A stretch of DNA of 64,000 bases, from contig CAWGLD010000003.1 of NCBI GenBank assembly GCA_963823335.1, positions 1 to 64,000 of the forward strand, given 5' to 3'. Below, piece after piece: positions 63,846 through 64,000 of the stretch (the first letter of the stretch is position 1; each line of letters starts with the position of its first letter). The notes beneath the pieces are model-generated. The model was not told the DNA's origin and made no database searches. It saw only the letters and a list, made by a program, of their open reading frames with translations. Origin of the DNA: an uncultured delta proteobacterium. Lineage in GTDB: Bacteria > Desulfobacterota > Desulfobacteria > Desulfobacterales > B30-G6. A program made the translations under genes and the position numbers.

Positions 63846-63926
63846 GTTAGCAGTAAGCGATGAGCTGTAAGAACTAAGCTATGAGCAGGCAACCAGCTTA
63901 CGGCTTATCGCTGATGGTTTAAAGCT
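63846..63926. repeat. Degenerate heptamer inverted-repeat element
   Basis: GTTAGCA GTAAGCG ATGAGCT GTAAGAA CTAAGCT ATGAGCA ... AGCTTAC GGCTTAT CGCTGAT. Confidence 0.65.
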
Positions 63927-63930
63927 TTTC

Positions 63931-64000
63931 TTATTCCAGAACCAAATCTATCTGCGCTGTAGACATTATGTCTTGTTCGTAGAAGAAGGCGCCGATGAAA
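63931..64000 (-). CDS. 3' end of a gene continuing beyond the window
   Basis: Open frame ...FIGAFFYEQDIMSTAQIDLVLE*, co-oriented with the downstream genes; too short to identify. Confidence 0.4.
   Translation of the reverse strand, partial: FIGAFFYEQDIMSTAQIDLVLE

Overview
Core-genome window from a deltaproteobacterial, probably Desulfobacterales-like anaerobe. The taxon is inferred from gene content and protein similarity. From left to right: (1) a frameshift-riddled dcuA plus a cyclic-nucleotide-binding-domain/aspartase (aspA) fusion; (2) tRNA-Arg(CCT) beside a decayed tyrosine integrase with nested mini-insertions; (3) a REC-PAS-GGDEF cyclase and a LysM lytic transglycosylase; (4) two ~130-bp structured IS200/IS605-end-like repeats; (5) the tRNA-tuf-rpmG-secE-nusG-rplKAJL-rpoBC-rpsLG-tuf-S10-spc-alpha supercluster, with no fusA, adk or map; (6) a TRAP transporter with glutaryl-CoA dehydrogenase and the glutaconyl-CoA decarboxylase alpha subunit; (7) a glycogen operon whose debranching and branching enzymes look eukaryote-type; (8) HAD and UroD/MtaA-family genes. 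The most striking observation is a ~100-aa parvulin (PpiC-type peptidyl-prolyl isomerase)-like domain, with both conserved histidines, inserted in frame inside RNA polymerase beta' (rpoC, 22667-22969). Intergenic regions carry several small repeat families: an ATTGAA-ended MITE-like element, heptamer inverted-repeat hairpins and G-run repeats. All calls come from reading the sequence by eye; no database searches were run.
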